Assembly (NCBI GenBank): GCA_964572465.1
Contig: CAZNGB010000001.1
Span: 1-48,109, forward strand
DNA from: an uncultured Hyphomicrobiaceae bacterium
GTDB lineage: Bacteria > Pseudomonadota > Alphaproteobacteria > Rhizobiales > Rhodomicrobiaceae
Length of the DNA: 48,109 nt
Direction: 5' to 3'
In this document: in pieces, positions 31,353 to 40,993 of the stretch
How positions within the stretch are numbered: position 1 is the stretch's first letter
How the letters are laid out: each line of letters opens with the position of its first letter
The notes under the pieces: generated by a model
What the model saw: the letters and a program-made list of their open reading frames with translations, nothing else
Database searches by the model: none
What the model was told of the DNA's origin: nothing
Made by a program: the position numbers and the translations under genes

Positions 31353-32401
31353 GCGTGGGCCTGTCTGAGGGCTCGGCGGGTGAGGGCTATTTCCTCCGCC
31401 AGCTTCAGCGCGGCGATCAGACTATCCGGGCGCGCCCGCCCGGTCCCGGCAATGCCAAACGCGGTGCCATGGTCGGGCGAGGTCCGCACGAAGGGCAGGC
31501 CAAGGGTTACGTTCACGCCTTCGTCAAAAGCCAACGTCTTGATCGGGATCAAGGCTTGATCGTGATACATGGCGAGGATCGCGTCGTATTGCTGACGCGC
31601 TTCGGCGTGGAAGGCCGTGTCAGCTGGCAACGGCCCAATCGTGTGGATGCCCTGGGCGGCCAGTTCGGCGATGGCCGGGTCTATGATGTCGCGCTCTTCC
31701 GTGCCCATTGTGCCGTCCTCGCCGGCATGTGGATTGAGCCCGGTGAGCGCCAGGCGCGGCTGGCGGATACCGAAATCCGCAATCAGCGCGCGATAGGTGA
31801 TGATGGCGGTCTCGATGATCCGTTCCGCGGTGAGCGCGACAGGGACCTCACGCAGCGACATGTGGACGGTCACCGGTACGGTGCGCAGACCACCGCCGCA
31901 CAGCATCATCACTGGCGACGCATTAAGGCCGTGGCGCTGGGCAAGCGCGCCGAGATGGTCGGTATGGCCACGGAAGCCGAAACCGGCTGCGGCGACGATG
32001 GCTTTCGACATCGGATTGGTGACCACTGCAGACGCATGGCCCGCGAGCACAAGGTCGACGCCCATCTCAATCGCGGAAATCACGCTCGGGGCGTTGTCCG
32101 GATCGGGTTGCCCGGCCTCGAAGGCGGTGACTGGCCTGGGCGGGCGGATTACCGGTAGGGCTCGCGAGAAGGTTTCTGTGGCATGGGCGATCGCGGTGAT
32201 CTCGCGGATGGGCACGCCGCAGCCCAGTTCCTCGGCGCGTTGGCCGATCAGGGAAGGGTCGGCAATTAATGCAAACGCCGGGGTGTTCGCCTCACGCCGC
32301 ATCGCCCAGGCCTTGAGCGTGATTTCCGGCCCGATCCCCGCCGGGTCGCCCATGGTCAGTGCAAGCGGCGGAATCGAGGCAGTGCCTTTGAAGTCAGCCA
32401 T
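31349..32401 (-). CDS. pdxA: 4-hydroxythreonine-4-phosphate dehydrogenase
   Basis: [33 protein letters not shown]. Confidence 0.96.
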   Translation of the reverse strand: MADFKGTASIPPLALTMGDPAGIGPEITLKAWAMRREANTPAFALIADPSLIGQRAEELGCGVPIREITAIAHATETFSRALPVIRPPRPVTAFEAGQPDPDNAPSVISAIEMGVDLVLAGHASAVVTNPMSKAIVAAAGFGFRGHTDHLGALAQRHGLNASPVMMLCGGGLRTVPVTVHMSLREVPVALTAERIIETAIITYRALIADFGIRQPRLALTGLNPHAGEDGTMGTEERDIIDPAIAELAAQGIHTIGPLPADTAFHAEARQQYDAILAMYHDQALIPIKTLAFDEGVNVTLGLPFVRTSPDHGTAFGIAGTGRARPDSLIAALKLAEEIALTRRALRQAHA

Positions 32402-32456
32402 CTCTCGGCAACCAATCTGAACGTGGCCGCGCCTGAGCCGAGAGCGCTGGAACCGG

Positions 32457-33533
32457 TTAGCGCCGCTCGATAAGCGCGTCCTGCCGCAGGTCTTTCAGGT
32501 GACGGCGCGCATAAATCTGAAACTCTTGCTGCCGTCTTTGCGCAAGTGATGCGGACGCGCCGACGTCCTCGCTTTCGGCCTGTGGGGACTTCTTAGCGCA
32601 CACCGCATACAAGTCAACGCCATCTGGCGATACAATCGGCGGAAGCATTTGCCCGGCGCTGGCCTGAAGCAGCAGCGGGCGAGCATCGCGGGGGAAGAAT
32701 GCGGCCTTCTTGCCGTCATGGCGCTCGATTTCCGCGCCGCCCGAGCGCTGGGCGAGACCAGCCAGATCGCTACACGACGAAAACTGCTTGCGGATCGACT
32801 CACCTTGGACATACGCACGGGCGACCGCGCCTTCGCCGCCACTGGCCGCCAGACGCACTCGGCGCACATTCATGACCGTCTCGCGTGCATCAACGGCAGT
32901 GGTCGATGCCGCGTCATTGCTGGAGCCGACCAGAGAGGCGATGCGAAAACCATACAACTTGCGAATGGTGTCGCGCCAAGCGATTTTTGCACGGGTATTT
33001 TCGCGGATTGTCGCGGGGTCAACACCCTGTTTCTTGAATTGGGCCAGGAACTCTTCAACACTGCGATCCTGATTGTTTGAGCTCGCCATCTGGGAGAGCT
33101 GCTGTTCAACTTCAGAATCGCTGACGCTCACCTCGCGGCGTTTGGCCTCCTGCAACATCAACCGTTCATCGATTAACTGTTCGATCGCGTCGTCGCGTGA
33201 CCTGCGGTTTATGTCGGCCATGACCTGCTGCTGCAGGTTGTTCACAAATTCCTGTTGGAGCTGCTGCGCCTCGGCGCGTGACTGCGGACGCCTCTCCTGA
33301 ATGAATTCTTGAAACTTCTGCTTCGTTTCATCCGAGTCGAGCATGGCGCGCATCCGCCTGCCCAACGCGCCGCTGGTAAGGCCGAGGAACTTTTGACGTT
33401 GGGACACATCATAAGACGTGATTGGCTCGCCGTTGACCTTCACAACGTAGCTGAGATTCGTTGCCTCCGCGCTCGAAGAAAGCGCGATGGTCATCGCGGC
33501 GAGCAATGTCAGGAGGCCTTGTGCAAGCGTCAT
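32457..33533 (-). CDS. surA: SurA-like periplasmic chaperone
   Basis: Signal peptide, VKVNGEPIT, LIDERL, C-terminal LKDLRQDALIE; lptD-surA-pdxA-rsmA order. Start moved to ATG 33533 (GGAG RBS). Confidence 0.82.
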   Translation of the reverse strand: MTLAQGLLTLLAAMTIALSSSAEATNLSYVVKVNGEPITSYDVSQRQKFLGLTSGALGRRMRAMLDSDETKQKFQEFIQERRPQSRAEAQQLQQEFVNNLQQQVMADINRRSRDDAIEQLIDERLMLQEAKRREVSVSDSEVEQQLSQMASSNNQDRSVEEFLAQFKKQGVDPATIRENTRAKIAWRDTIRKLYGFRIASLVGSSNDAASTTAVDARETVMNVRRVRLAASGGEGAVARAYVQGESIRKQFSSCSDLAGLAQRSGGAEIERHDGKKAAFFPRDARPLLLQASAGQMLPPIVSPDGVDLYAVCAKKSPQAESEDVGASASLAQRRQQEFQIYARRHLKDLRQDALIERR

Positions 33534-33676
33534 TTGCTGCGCTCCGATGTTTAGACCGGCCATAAAGGGCACCGTGTAATCTGATGACCACCACGCGCCC
33601 TACTCAAGCTTTGAAAAACACTATGGCCAGATGATGCTCGCGTCTAGCAGCCGCGTTTTCGAGAAACCGCCTGCGC

Positions 33677-35962
33677 TTAGTTGCCGCCGTCTGTGGCCGT
33701 GAAGCCACCAGTAACATCGGTTTGCACATCCGCGCCGCCCAGATTCTTGAACTCAAAGCCGACGAGGAGCGTTTCCTCCGGCTGGATGTCGCGATCCTCA
33801 ATCTCCGAGCGCGTGTATTTCACGGACATCATGAAGCAATCGCATGTGTATTTGACACCAACGCTCTGTTCGAGCGCCTCGTCGATCTCAAAATTGTAGC
33901 GCATGCTGCCAAAGACCGACCAAAGATCGGTAAGTTGCAACGCCGCAGATCCCAAGAGCTCCTCGCGGTCATCGAACACGCCCAGCCCCGGTTGCGATTC
34001 AGCCAGCACATAATTGACGGAGCCGCTCAACGGGCCGTATTGGCCCGAACCCGCCAAGTCAAGCCGGCGGACGTCAAAGGTGTCTTCGTCAAAACGGGCC
34101 TGCGCGACAAGCCGGAACATGCTGGGGACATCAAAATATGCACCGGCTACGTAGTCCGACTGGTCATCTTCCAGTCCGCTGCCCGCATCAAAACTATTGG
34201 TTCCCGCAATTTGATAACTCTGGCCCGCGACGGCACGCATGCTGAAGCCGTAGTTGGACTGCAGTGTATACTGGATCCCGTAATTTGCGCGGGTACCAGT
34301 CTCTAGCCTGTCATAACCGGAGAATTTGTCGATGTCGAACAGCAGCGTATCGTCAAAGACAAGGCTCTGCGCATCCTCATTGGGCGGCGGTGTGCCATCT
34401 TCATTGTCAGCGCGGAATATGACCTGCGCGACCGGTTCGATGACCTGCGATCCCCAGCCGGAATGCTTAACCAGAGGCAAGCGGTAATCCGCGCCCCCAG
34501 TGACCACCTGGCGGGTGAAGGTGTCGCTTGGCCGGGTGGTTTGATTCTCGTCCTGATCGATGAACTCGTAACTTGAGAATTCGTAAAAATCAGCGCGCGC
34601 CTGCGCAAACGGCGTAACGCGCTGGCCCAACTGATCCGTGAGCGTCCGCCGCCAGGATATCTCGCTGACAATGCGGTGCGATTCCGGCCCGTCATCGCGT
34701 GTGAGCGACACGACGTTGGTGTCCCACGCGAGTTCGCCGCCCAACACAGGATCGTCGGCTATGAAGTTGTAATCGATGACCGGATGAACGACTGTATCCC
34801 GATCATTGAAGTCCTCGGCGTCGTCCTGAGCCGTCAAAGTCCCGAAATTGTAGGCGCGCGCGCTGAAATAGCTTCGCTCGCTCTGCCCAATCAGAAAGAT
34901 TTCCGAAGTGCGTTCGGTTTCGGTCTTATTGTCGATATCGTAGAACCGGCGAAACGTATCATCGGACTCTGCGGTGATATCCCAGCCCCAGTTCCAGAAG
35001 CTGCCAAGCCGAAAAAGGCCCTGCGTTTCGATCGTCCCACGAAAATCGCTATCGGTCGGAGCATCTGCGGGCGGATCGTCGTTATAGGCGCCCGCAACGA
35101 ACACGCGATACTGCCCAGACTCCAGCCGGTGACGCCAGTCTGCCTTCAGCAGCACACCTGCGTCGGTGGTGACAACGGGCGCGAGCGTCAAATCCTTGTT
35201 CGGGGCGATATCGAAATAGTAGGGCTGTTCGTATGCAAAACCCAGTTCGTCGGAGATGCGCACCGTCGGCGTCAGGAAGCCCGAGCGACGCTTCACAGTC
35301 GGATCAGGGTGATAGAAGTACGGAATGTAGACGAGCGGCAGACCGAGGAATTCGAGGGTCGCATCCTCGTAATAAATGTTACCCTCGGATCTGTCATGGA
35401 TGATCTTGCGCGCGCGGATCTGCCAGAGCGGGCCACGGCCTGAAGGCTCCTTGCAGGTCTTGCAGGGCGTGTAGGCTCCCTGCTCGAACACGGTTGTCTC
35501 GCCAGCCTCGCGGTAGGCGCGCCGCGCGGCAATCCGTTCTTCATCAGCCGTCACGATACGCAGCGACCGAACGAAGCCATCCTTGAAATCCTCTGTCAGG
35601 TTGATCCGGTCGGCCTTCACCACGGCCCCGTCGGGCTCCTTGATGCGCACATTCCCGACCGCTTCGAGCGTACCTGCTGTCTGATTGTAAATCAGCTCGT
35701 CAGAAACGAGGCTATAATTGTTGTAGTAGACCTCGACATTTCCCTCGGCGATGACCCGGTCGTTCTTGCGGTCATAAATCAGGTTGTCCGCCTGCAGGAG
35801 CAGCGGCTGCTGGCTCTCCACCTCGCCAAACGACCGCTCGATCAGCGTTTCCTGCGCATGCACCGAGGCCGGCGCCGCGAGGACCGCGATCAAAACGAGA
35901 GCGAGCGTGGAATATACCATGCCGATTGGTTGAGACATGAGTTCAGCAGAGCACTTCCGCAT
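33677..35962 (-). CDS. lptD: LPS-assembly outer membrane protein LptD
   Basis: Signal peptide, AEGNV, YTPC, RRSGFL, PYY, FSGYDR; C-terminal beta-barrel pattern. Confidence 0.94.
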   Translation of the reverse strand: MRKCSAELMSQPIGMVYSTLALVLIAVLAAPASVHAQETLIERSFGEVESQQPLLLQADNLIYDRKNDRVIAEGNVEVYYNNYSLVSDELIYNQTAGTLEAVGNVRIKEPDGAVVKADRINLTEDFKDGFVRSLRIVTADEERIAARRAYREAGETTVFEQGAYTPCKTCKEPSGRGPLWQIRARKIIHDRSEGNIYYEDATLEFLGLPLVYIPYFYHPDPTVKRRSGFLTPTVRISDELGFAYEQPYYFDIAPNKDLTLAPVVTTDAGVLLKADWRHRLESGQYRVFVAGAYNDDPPADAPTDSDFRGTIETQGLFRLGSFWNWGWDITAESDDTFRRFYDIDNKTETERTSEIFLIGQSERSYFSARAYNFGTLTAQDDAEDFNDRDTVVHPVIDYNFIADDPVLGGELAWDTNVVSLTRDDGPESHRIVSEISWRRTLTDQLGQRVTPFAQARADFYEFSSYEFIDQDENQTTRPSDTFTRQVVTGGADYRLPLVKHSGWGSQVIEPVAQVIFRADNEDGTPPPNEDAQSLVFDDTLLFDIDKFSGYDRLETGTRANYGIQYTLQSNYGFSMRAVAGQSYQIAGTNSFDAGSGLEDDQSDYVAGAYFDVPSMFRLVAQARFDEDTFDVRRLDLAGSGQYGPLSGSVNYVLAESQPGLGVFDDREELLGSAALQLTDLWSVFGSMRYNFEIDEALEQSVGVKYTCDCFMMSVKYTRSEIEDRDIQPEETLLVGFEFKNLGGADVQTDVTGGFTATDGGN

Positions 35963-35965
35963 TCC

Positions 35966-37051
35966 TCAGCCATCCTCCTGATGAAGCAAAATCGTTACCG
36001 CAAAAAAGCACGCAACGAGGACTGGCGCCCACGCGGCGACCGTTGGCGATACCAGCCCAGACACCCCCACCTTGCGCGACAGTTCGGAGAAAACAAAGAA
36101 AGCGAACCCCGCGCTCAAGCCGGCTATGACCATAGTCTGTACGCCGCCAAAACGGAAGGCTCGAAGGGAGCAGGTGGCCGCGATCAGCACCATCGTCGCC
36201 AAGAGTATCGGCCTGGTGAGAAGCTGCTGGAATTCAAGTTTATACCGCTCCGCATCAAGGCCGGCTCTCTCAGCAAACTCGATAAACTCCGGAAGATCCC
36301 AGAATGAAACCCCTTTTTCCGAAGTGATGCTATTCATCACATGCTGGCGCTCAAGGTGAGTGCTTAACAAATAGAGGCCATAAGTACGCGTCCCGCCATT
36401 TTCACTTGTAACCCGCGCGTTTTCCAAGGCCCAATACCCATCGCGCAAGCTCGCCACATCCGCCTCCACACGTTCAAGAAATTTGCGGTTGCGGTCAAAC
36501 TGCAACACCGTGATTGCGCTCAGCGTCAGCCCCTGATCGGCGACGTTCCCGGCATAGATGATCGAAGGGCCATCTGCGCCGTTTTGGCGGAGCCAGGCCG
36601 GCCGGTTTTCGCGCAGCAGCTTCTCCTGCTCCTCGCCCAACACCTCGCTGATGAGGCGATCAGCCGACGACTTCGACCAAGCCGCAAGCGGGTTATAGAC
36701 CGCGGTTGAGAGTATCCCGAGCGCCAGGGCTACGCTCAAGCCAGGCAACAGGAATTGCCATGCCGATATGCCCGCTGCGCGCACCACCGTCAGTTCTGAT
36801 GTGCGGCTCAGCGCCATGAAAGCGGCGATCGAGCCGATCAGCACCGCAAACGGCAGCGTGAGTTCGGCGAATTTCGGGACGCGCAACAGGGCGATCATCA
36901 CCAGGCCAGTCATTGATACGTCTTCGCGCTCGCTGCCCTCGCGCAACAACTCCAGAAAGTCGATGAAGAAGATCAGCGCAAGACAAAGCGAGAATACGCC
37001 CAGTATCGAGACGATAAATCGCTTCGCCATGTAGCGTGCAAGCGTACCCAT
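35966..37051 (-). CDS. lptG: LPS export ABC permease LptG
   Basis: SELTVVRAAGIS, 3+3 TM layout, AAWAP. Confidence 0.92.
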   Translation of the reverse strand: MGTLARYMAKRFIVSILGVFSLCLALIFFIDFLELLREGSEREDVSMTGLVMIALLRVPKFAELTLPFAVLIGSIAAFMALSRTSELTVVRAAGISAWQFLLPGLSVALALGILSTAVYNPLAAWSKSSADRLISEVLGEEQEKLLRENRPAWLRQNGADGPSIIYAGNVADQGLTLSAITVLQFDRNRKFLERVEADVASLRDGYWALENARVTSENGGTRTYGLYLLSTHLERQHVMNSITSEKGVSFWDLPEFIEFAERAGLDAERYKLEFQQLLTRPILLATMVLIAATCSLRAFRFGGVQTMVIAGLSAGFAFFVFSELSRKVGVSGLVSPTVAAWAPVLVACFFAVTILLHQEDG

Positions 37052-37069
37052 CGAAGCGCCTCCCGCGCT

Positions 37070-38263
37070 TTAACGTTCCGGGGCCGCGCCGCCGGCTATG
37101 CGCACGGCGCGCAGGCGTGCGGGCAGGGCGCGAAACCAGTCCGGCAGCCCCGCATCGAAGCTGCGCGCCTGGTGCGGGCGCATATTGCGTTGGGCGAGGA
37201 TCAGCGCGCCGGCAATCGAGCAGATCGGAATCGCGTACATCAGACCGACCGCCCAAGGCTGGTTTACCGCGAGATTTGTGGCCGCAAGTCCGCAGGCGCG
37301 AATGCTCACGCAGGTCACGAAGGTCAGCGCCACGACCTGACCTGGCCCTTGCCGCGTGGTGCGCGCATAGCCGAGCATGGCCACTGCCATCAGGGCAAAA
37401 GCAATCGGATAGAGCGGGTTCGATAGCCGATCATGCAGCTCCGCGCGGAACTTTCCAGGATCTTTGTCAAAACGCCAATCATGGTCCCCTTGCTTGGTCC
37501 ACAGCGCGGGCAGCATACGCTCCTTCGTCTCGTAGCTGCGCCTGCCACGGGTCGGCCCCATCTCGGAGATGTCGAAGATATAGCTGTCGAAGGCAATGAC
37601 CTGGATCTCATCGCGCCCTGCATTGACGCGGTGGATGTGACCCTCACGCATGATCAGATAGGGTTGGTCATCCTGTTTGATCACCCGGCCACGATCTGCC
37701 AGATAGGTGAGCGTCTGGTCTTCGGCGCGGGAGTCATTGACCATCAAGCCACGCAATGTGCCATCAACCTCGCGGTCGCGGATATGAAAGGTCAGCCCCT
37801 TCTCCGGGGTGACGAAATTACCGGGCTGAATCACCTGCGAGATTAGGTCGGTGCGCACCTCGGTCACGTAGTCGCGCAACATGCGCAGGCTATATGGGCT
37901 CAGATAGGCATTGGCGATCAGCAAAAAGGCCGACAGCAGCGCGGCCAGCAACAGGAACGGCCGCATCATTCGCCAGATCGTTGCACCCGCCGCCGTCACG
38001 ATGATGATGCCGCTGTCGTTGTGCAGCCGGCTGAGGATATGGATCGTCGAGATCAGCAGCGCGATCGGCGCGACCAGGGTGACAAGGTTGGGCAACGCGA
38101 GCAGGGTGATCTGCAAAAAAATCAGAAAGCCTTGCCCCTGCTCAGTCATGACGTCGATCCGGCGCAGCGCCGTCGTCATCCACACGATCAGCGTCAGCGT
38201 CGCGAGAATCATCAGCATCGCCGTCAGCGTCTGCTTGAAGATGTAACGGCTGATGGTATCCAT
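37070..38263 (-). CDS. lptF: LPS export ABC permease LptF
   Basis: RYIF, ELHDRLSNP, RTTRQ; paired with lptG. Confidence 0.92.
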   Translation of the reverse strand: MDTISRYIFKQTLTAMLMILATLTLIVWMTTALRRIDVMTEQGQGFLIFLQITLLALPNLVTLVAPIALLISTIHILSRLHNDSGIIIVTAAGATIWRMMRPFLLLAALLSAFLLIANAYLSPYSLRMLRDYVTEVRTDLISQVIQPGNFVTPEKGLTFHIRDREVDGTLRGLMVNDSRAEDQTLTYLADRGRVIKQDDQPYLIMREGHIHRVNAGRDEIQVIAFDSYIFDISEMGPTRGRRSYETKERMLPALWTKQGDHDWRFDKDPGKFRAELHDRLSNPLYPIAFALMAVAMLGYARTTRQGPGQVVALTFVTCVSIRACGLAATNLAVNQPWAVGLMYAIPICSIAGALILAQRNMRPHQARSFDAGLPDWFRALPARLRAVRIAGGAAPER

Positions 38264-38477
38264 CGCGGGTCTTTACCGGGTGAAAAACTGTTCGATGTCG
38301 GATATGGGCTGACCACGCTAACGTGGCGGTTTTTCGGCGCGCGCGGCGCGTGGCCTTGCAGTTGCATCCCTGCCCAAATCACGATTAAATCGCGGGTCAT
38401 CAATTTGTCACGTGGCCTGCCGCGCGGCCCGTGCGCGCGTGCCTGCACTCGTTGGCCCAATCATTGGAGCACCAGTC

Positions 38478-40010
38478 TTGCCGAACTTGGAGATCGCGTT
38501 CGCTTCGATCGACTCACAGCAGAGCGGAACGGTCGTTGTCACTGCTGGCGCAGATGCCCGCCTGTCGCCCACTGCCGCCAAACTTGATAACGCATCGGCT
38601 GGTCTGCTCACGCGCGCGGCCGGTATCGCAAAATTCAAGGGGAAGCAGAAGACGGCGTTCAATTTGCTCGCGCCAGGCGGCCTTGATGCAATCGAACAGC
38701 TCGTAGTCATGGGTATCGGCGGCATCGATGGGGATGCATCGCAGCCGTGGATCGACCTTGGCGGATTTATCTGCGGCAAGCTCGACACGGATGTGGAGCA
38801 GGTCGGTCTGTGGCTTGAAGGCTGCGACGGCGTTTCGCTTGATGCCGGGCAAGTGGCTCGCGTCGCGCTTGGCATTGTACTGCGCCGGTATGAATTCACC
38901 AAGTATAAAACCAAGAAAAAGTCATCATCAGATTCTGGTGGCGAGGAAAAAGCTGCGCCGACACTGTCGCGGGTCGTGATCCACTGCGATGACCCGGCAG
39001 CGGCGGAAGCCGCCTTCACGCCGATGCGCGCGATTTCCGAGGGCGTCTATTTCGCGCGCGACCTCGTGAATGAACCGCCAAATGCGCTGGGTCCGGAGCA
39101 ATTCGCCGAGCGCGCCGCCGAGTTGGCCGCGCATGGCATCGAAGTGGAAGTGCTCGACGAGGACGCGATGCGCGCGCTTGGGATGGGCGCGTTGTTGGCT
39201 GTGGGGCAGGGCAGCGCACGCGGCAGCCGCCTGGTCAGCTTGCGCTGGCGCGGCGAAGATGCACCGGAAGGTCCGCCGACGGTCTTCGTGGGCAAGGGTG
39301 TGTGCTTCGACACAGGCGGGGTATCCATCAAGCCAGCCCAAGGCATGGAAGACATGAAGGGCGACATGGGCGGTGCGGCCTGCGTCGCAGGGCTGATGCT
39401 GACGCTGGCAAAGCAAAAGGCTCCGGTTGATGTCGTCGGCGTCCTCGGGCTGACTGAAAATATGGTGAGCGGCACAGCCCAGCGCCCGAGCGACATCGTC
39501 AAGTCCATGTCCGGCCAGACTATCGAGGTGCTGAACACCGATGCCGAAGGCCGGATGGTCCTGGCTGATGCCATGTGGTACGCGCAGGACACATGGAAGC
39601 CCAAGCGGATCGTCACTCTGGCCACGCTCACCGGTGCGATCATTGTGGCGCTTGGCCATGAATATGCCGGTCTTTACGCGAATGACGACGCATTGTGCAA
39701 CGCGCTCGTCGGTGCAGGCACGCAGACCGATGAAAAGGTCTGGCGGATGCCGTTGTCGCGAAAATATGACAAGCTGATCGACTCGAAAGTCGCGGATATG
39801 AAGAATATCGGCGGGCGCTGGGCGGGATCGATCACCGCGGCGCAATTTCTCCAGCGATTCGTGCAGGAGGATGTGTCCTGGGCGCATATCGATATTGCCG
39901 GCACGGCGTTCTCTGCGCCGTCAACCGACATCAACCGCAGTTGGGGCGCGGGCTTCGGCGTGCGGCTGCTGGAGCGGATGCTGATGAACGAGGCGCAGAG
40001 CGGCTCGTGA
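38478..40010 (+). CDS. pepA: Leucyl aminopeptidase (M17)
   Basis: GKGVCFDTGG, MKGDMGG, NTDAEGR, ATLTGA. TTG start at 38478 after GGAG. Confidence 0.96.
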   Translation: MPNLEIAFASIDSQQSGTVVVTAGADARLSPTAAKLDNASAGLLTRAAGIAKFKGKQKTAFNLLAPGGLDAIEQLVVMGIGGIDGDASQPWIDLGGFICGKLDTDVEQVGLWLEGCDGVSLDAGQVARVALGIVLRRYEFTKYKTKKKSSSDSGGEEKAAPTLSRVVIHCDDPAAAEAAFTPMRAISEGVYFARDLVNEPPNALGPEQFAERAAELAAHGIEVEVLDEDAMRALGMGALLAVGQGSARGSRLVSLRWRGEDAPEGPPTVFVGKGVCFDTGGVSIKPAQGMEDMKGDMGGAACVAGLMLTLAKQKAPVDVVGVLGLTENMVSGTAQRPSDIVKSMSGQTIEVLNTDAEGRMVLADAMWYAQDTWKPKRIVTLATLTGAIIVALGHEYAGLYANDDALCNALVGAGTQTDEKVWRMPLSRKYDKLIDSKVADMKNIGGRWAGSITAAQFLQRFVQEDVSWAHIDIAGTAFSAPSTDINRSWGAGFGVRLLERMLMNEAQSGS

Positions 40011-40067
40011 TGGGCCGGTATGGTGAAAGTTTCCATAATGTGTCTTATGCGAATCGCGGAACAGCCG

Positions 40068-40083
40068 GTAACTGTGGGTTAAC
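40068..40083 (+). promoter_or_regulatory. Near-consensus CtrA box upstream of mazG
   Basis: GTAA-ctgtggg-TTAAC versus TTAA-N7-TTAAC (one mismatch). Confidence 0.4.
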
Positions 40084-40113
40084 CAGCCGGTCCGGCGCGG
40101 TCTGAGGGGCGTC

Positions 40114-40977
40114 ATGGCGCGCGACGACGATCACAGCGACCAGCCGGACACTCCGGCCCAACGGATCGCGGCTGCGCAGACGCCCGTTGATCGGTTGCGC
40201 GCGGTCATGGCGGCGCTCCGTGACCCCGAAGCCGGCTGCCCGTGGGACCGGCAGCAAACCTTCGACACCATAGCGCCCTACACCATCGAGGAAGCCTACG
40301 AGGTTGCCGAGGCCATCGCGCAAGGCGACATGAGCGAACTCCGCGAGGAGCTGGGCGATCTGCTGTTCCAGGTGGTCTACCACGCGCGGATGGCCGAGGA
40401 GCGCGGCGCGTTCGACTTTGACGATGTGGCCGCGGCCATCGCCGAGAAGATGATCCGCCGGCACCCGCATGTCTTTGGCGAGCAGCGGGCAGATAACTCC
40501 GAAGACGTTGGCGCCATCTGGGAGGACGTCAAGCAGCGCGAGCGCGCGGAGAAAGGCCGTCCGGAACCCGAAAGCGCCCTCGACGACATCCCTCTTGCCC
40601 TGCCCGGCCTTACGCGCGCGTGGAAGCTCCACCGCAGGGCGGCGCGCGCCGGCTTCGACTGGTCATCGCCAGAAGCCGTGTTCGCCAAGATCCGCGAGGA
40701 ACTGGACGAGCTGGAAGCCGAGGTGGTTGGGGGCGAGCCGCCCGAACGTATCGCGGATGAACTCGGCGACGTTCTGTTCACGGTGGCGCGGTTGGCTGGC
40801 TTCGTGGATCAGGACCCCGAAGAGACTATGCGCGCAGCGCAGCGGAAATTTACCCGCCGGTTCAGATACATGGAGGCGCGCCTGAGTGAAGCGGGCAGGC
40901 CGATGGCCGATGCGTCGATGGATGAGTTGGAACTGCTTTGGCGCGACGCCAAGCGTGCCGAGCGCGGCGAAGGTTGA
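40114..40977 (+). CDS. mazG: Nucleoside triphosphate pyrophosphohydrolase MazG (tandem domain)
   Basis: GCPWD, EEAYE, EELGDLL, RRHPHVF, second ELGDVLF. Confidence 0.96.
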   Translation: MARDDDHSDQPDTPAQRIAAAQTPVDRLRAVMAALRDPEAGCPWDRQQTFDTIAPYTIEEAYEVAEAIAQGDMSELREELGDLLFQVVYHARMAEERGAFDFDDVAAAIAEKMIRRHPHVFGEQRADNSEDVGAIWEDVKQRERAEKGRPEPESALDDIPLALPGLTRAWKLHRRAARAGFDWSSPEAVFAKIREELDELEAEVVGGEPPERIADELGDVLFTVARLAGFVDQDPEETMRAAQRKFTRRFRYMEARLSEAGRPMADASMDELELLWRDAKRAERGEG

Positions 40978-40993
40978 CCCGCCTTGCCCTCGG

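Noticed and set aside
31539-31552. Perfect FNR/FixK box TTGAT-cggg-ATCAA
   Set aside because: Inside pdxA, where it simply encodes the conserved L-I-P-I-K peptide; no promoter context seen.
40114-40977. mazG as an anti-phage or toxin-antitoxin component
   Set aside because: Tandem-domain housekeeping type next to hflX; no mazEF or defence neighbours.
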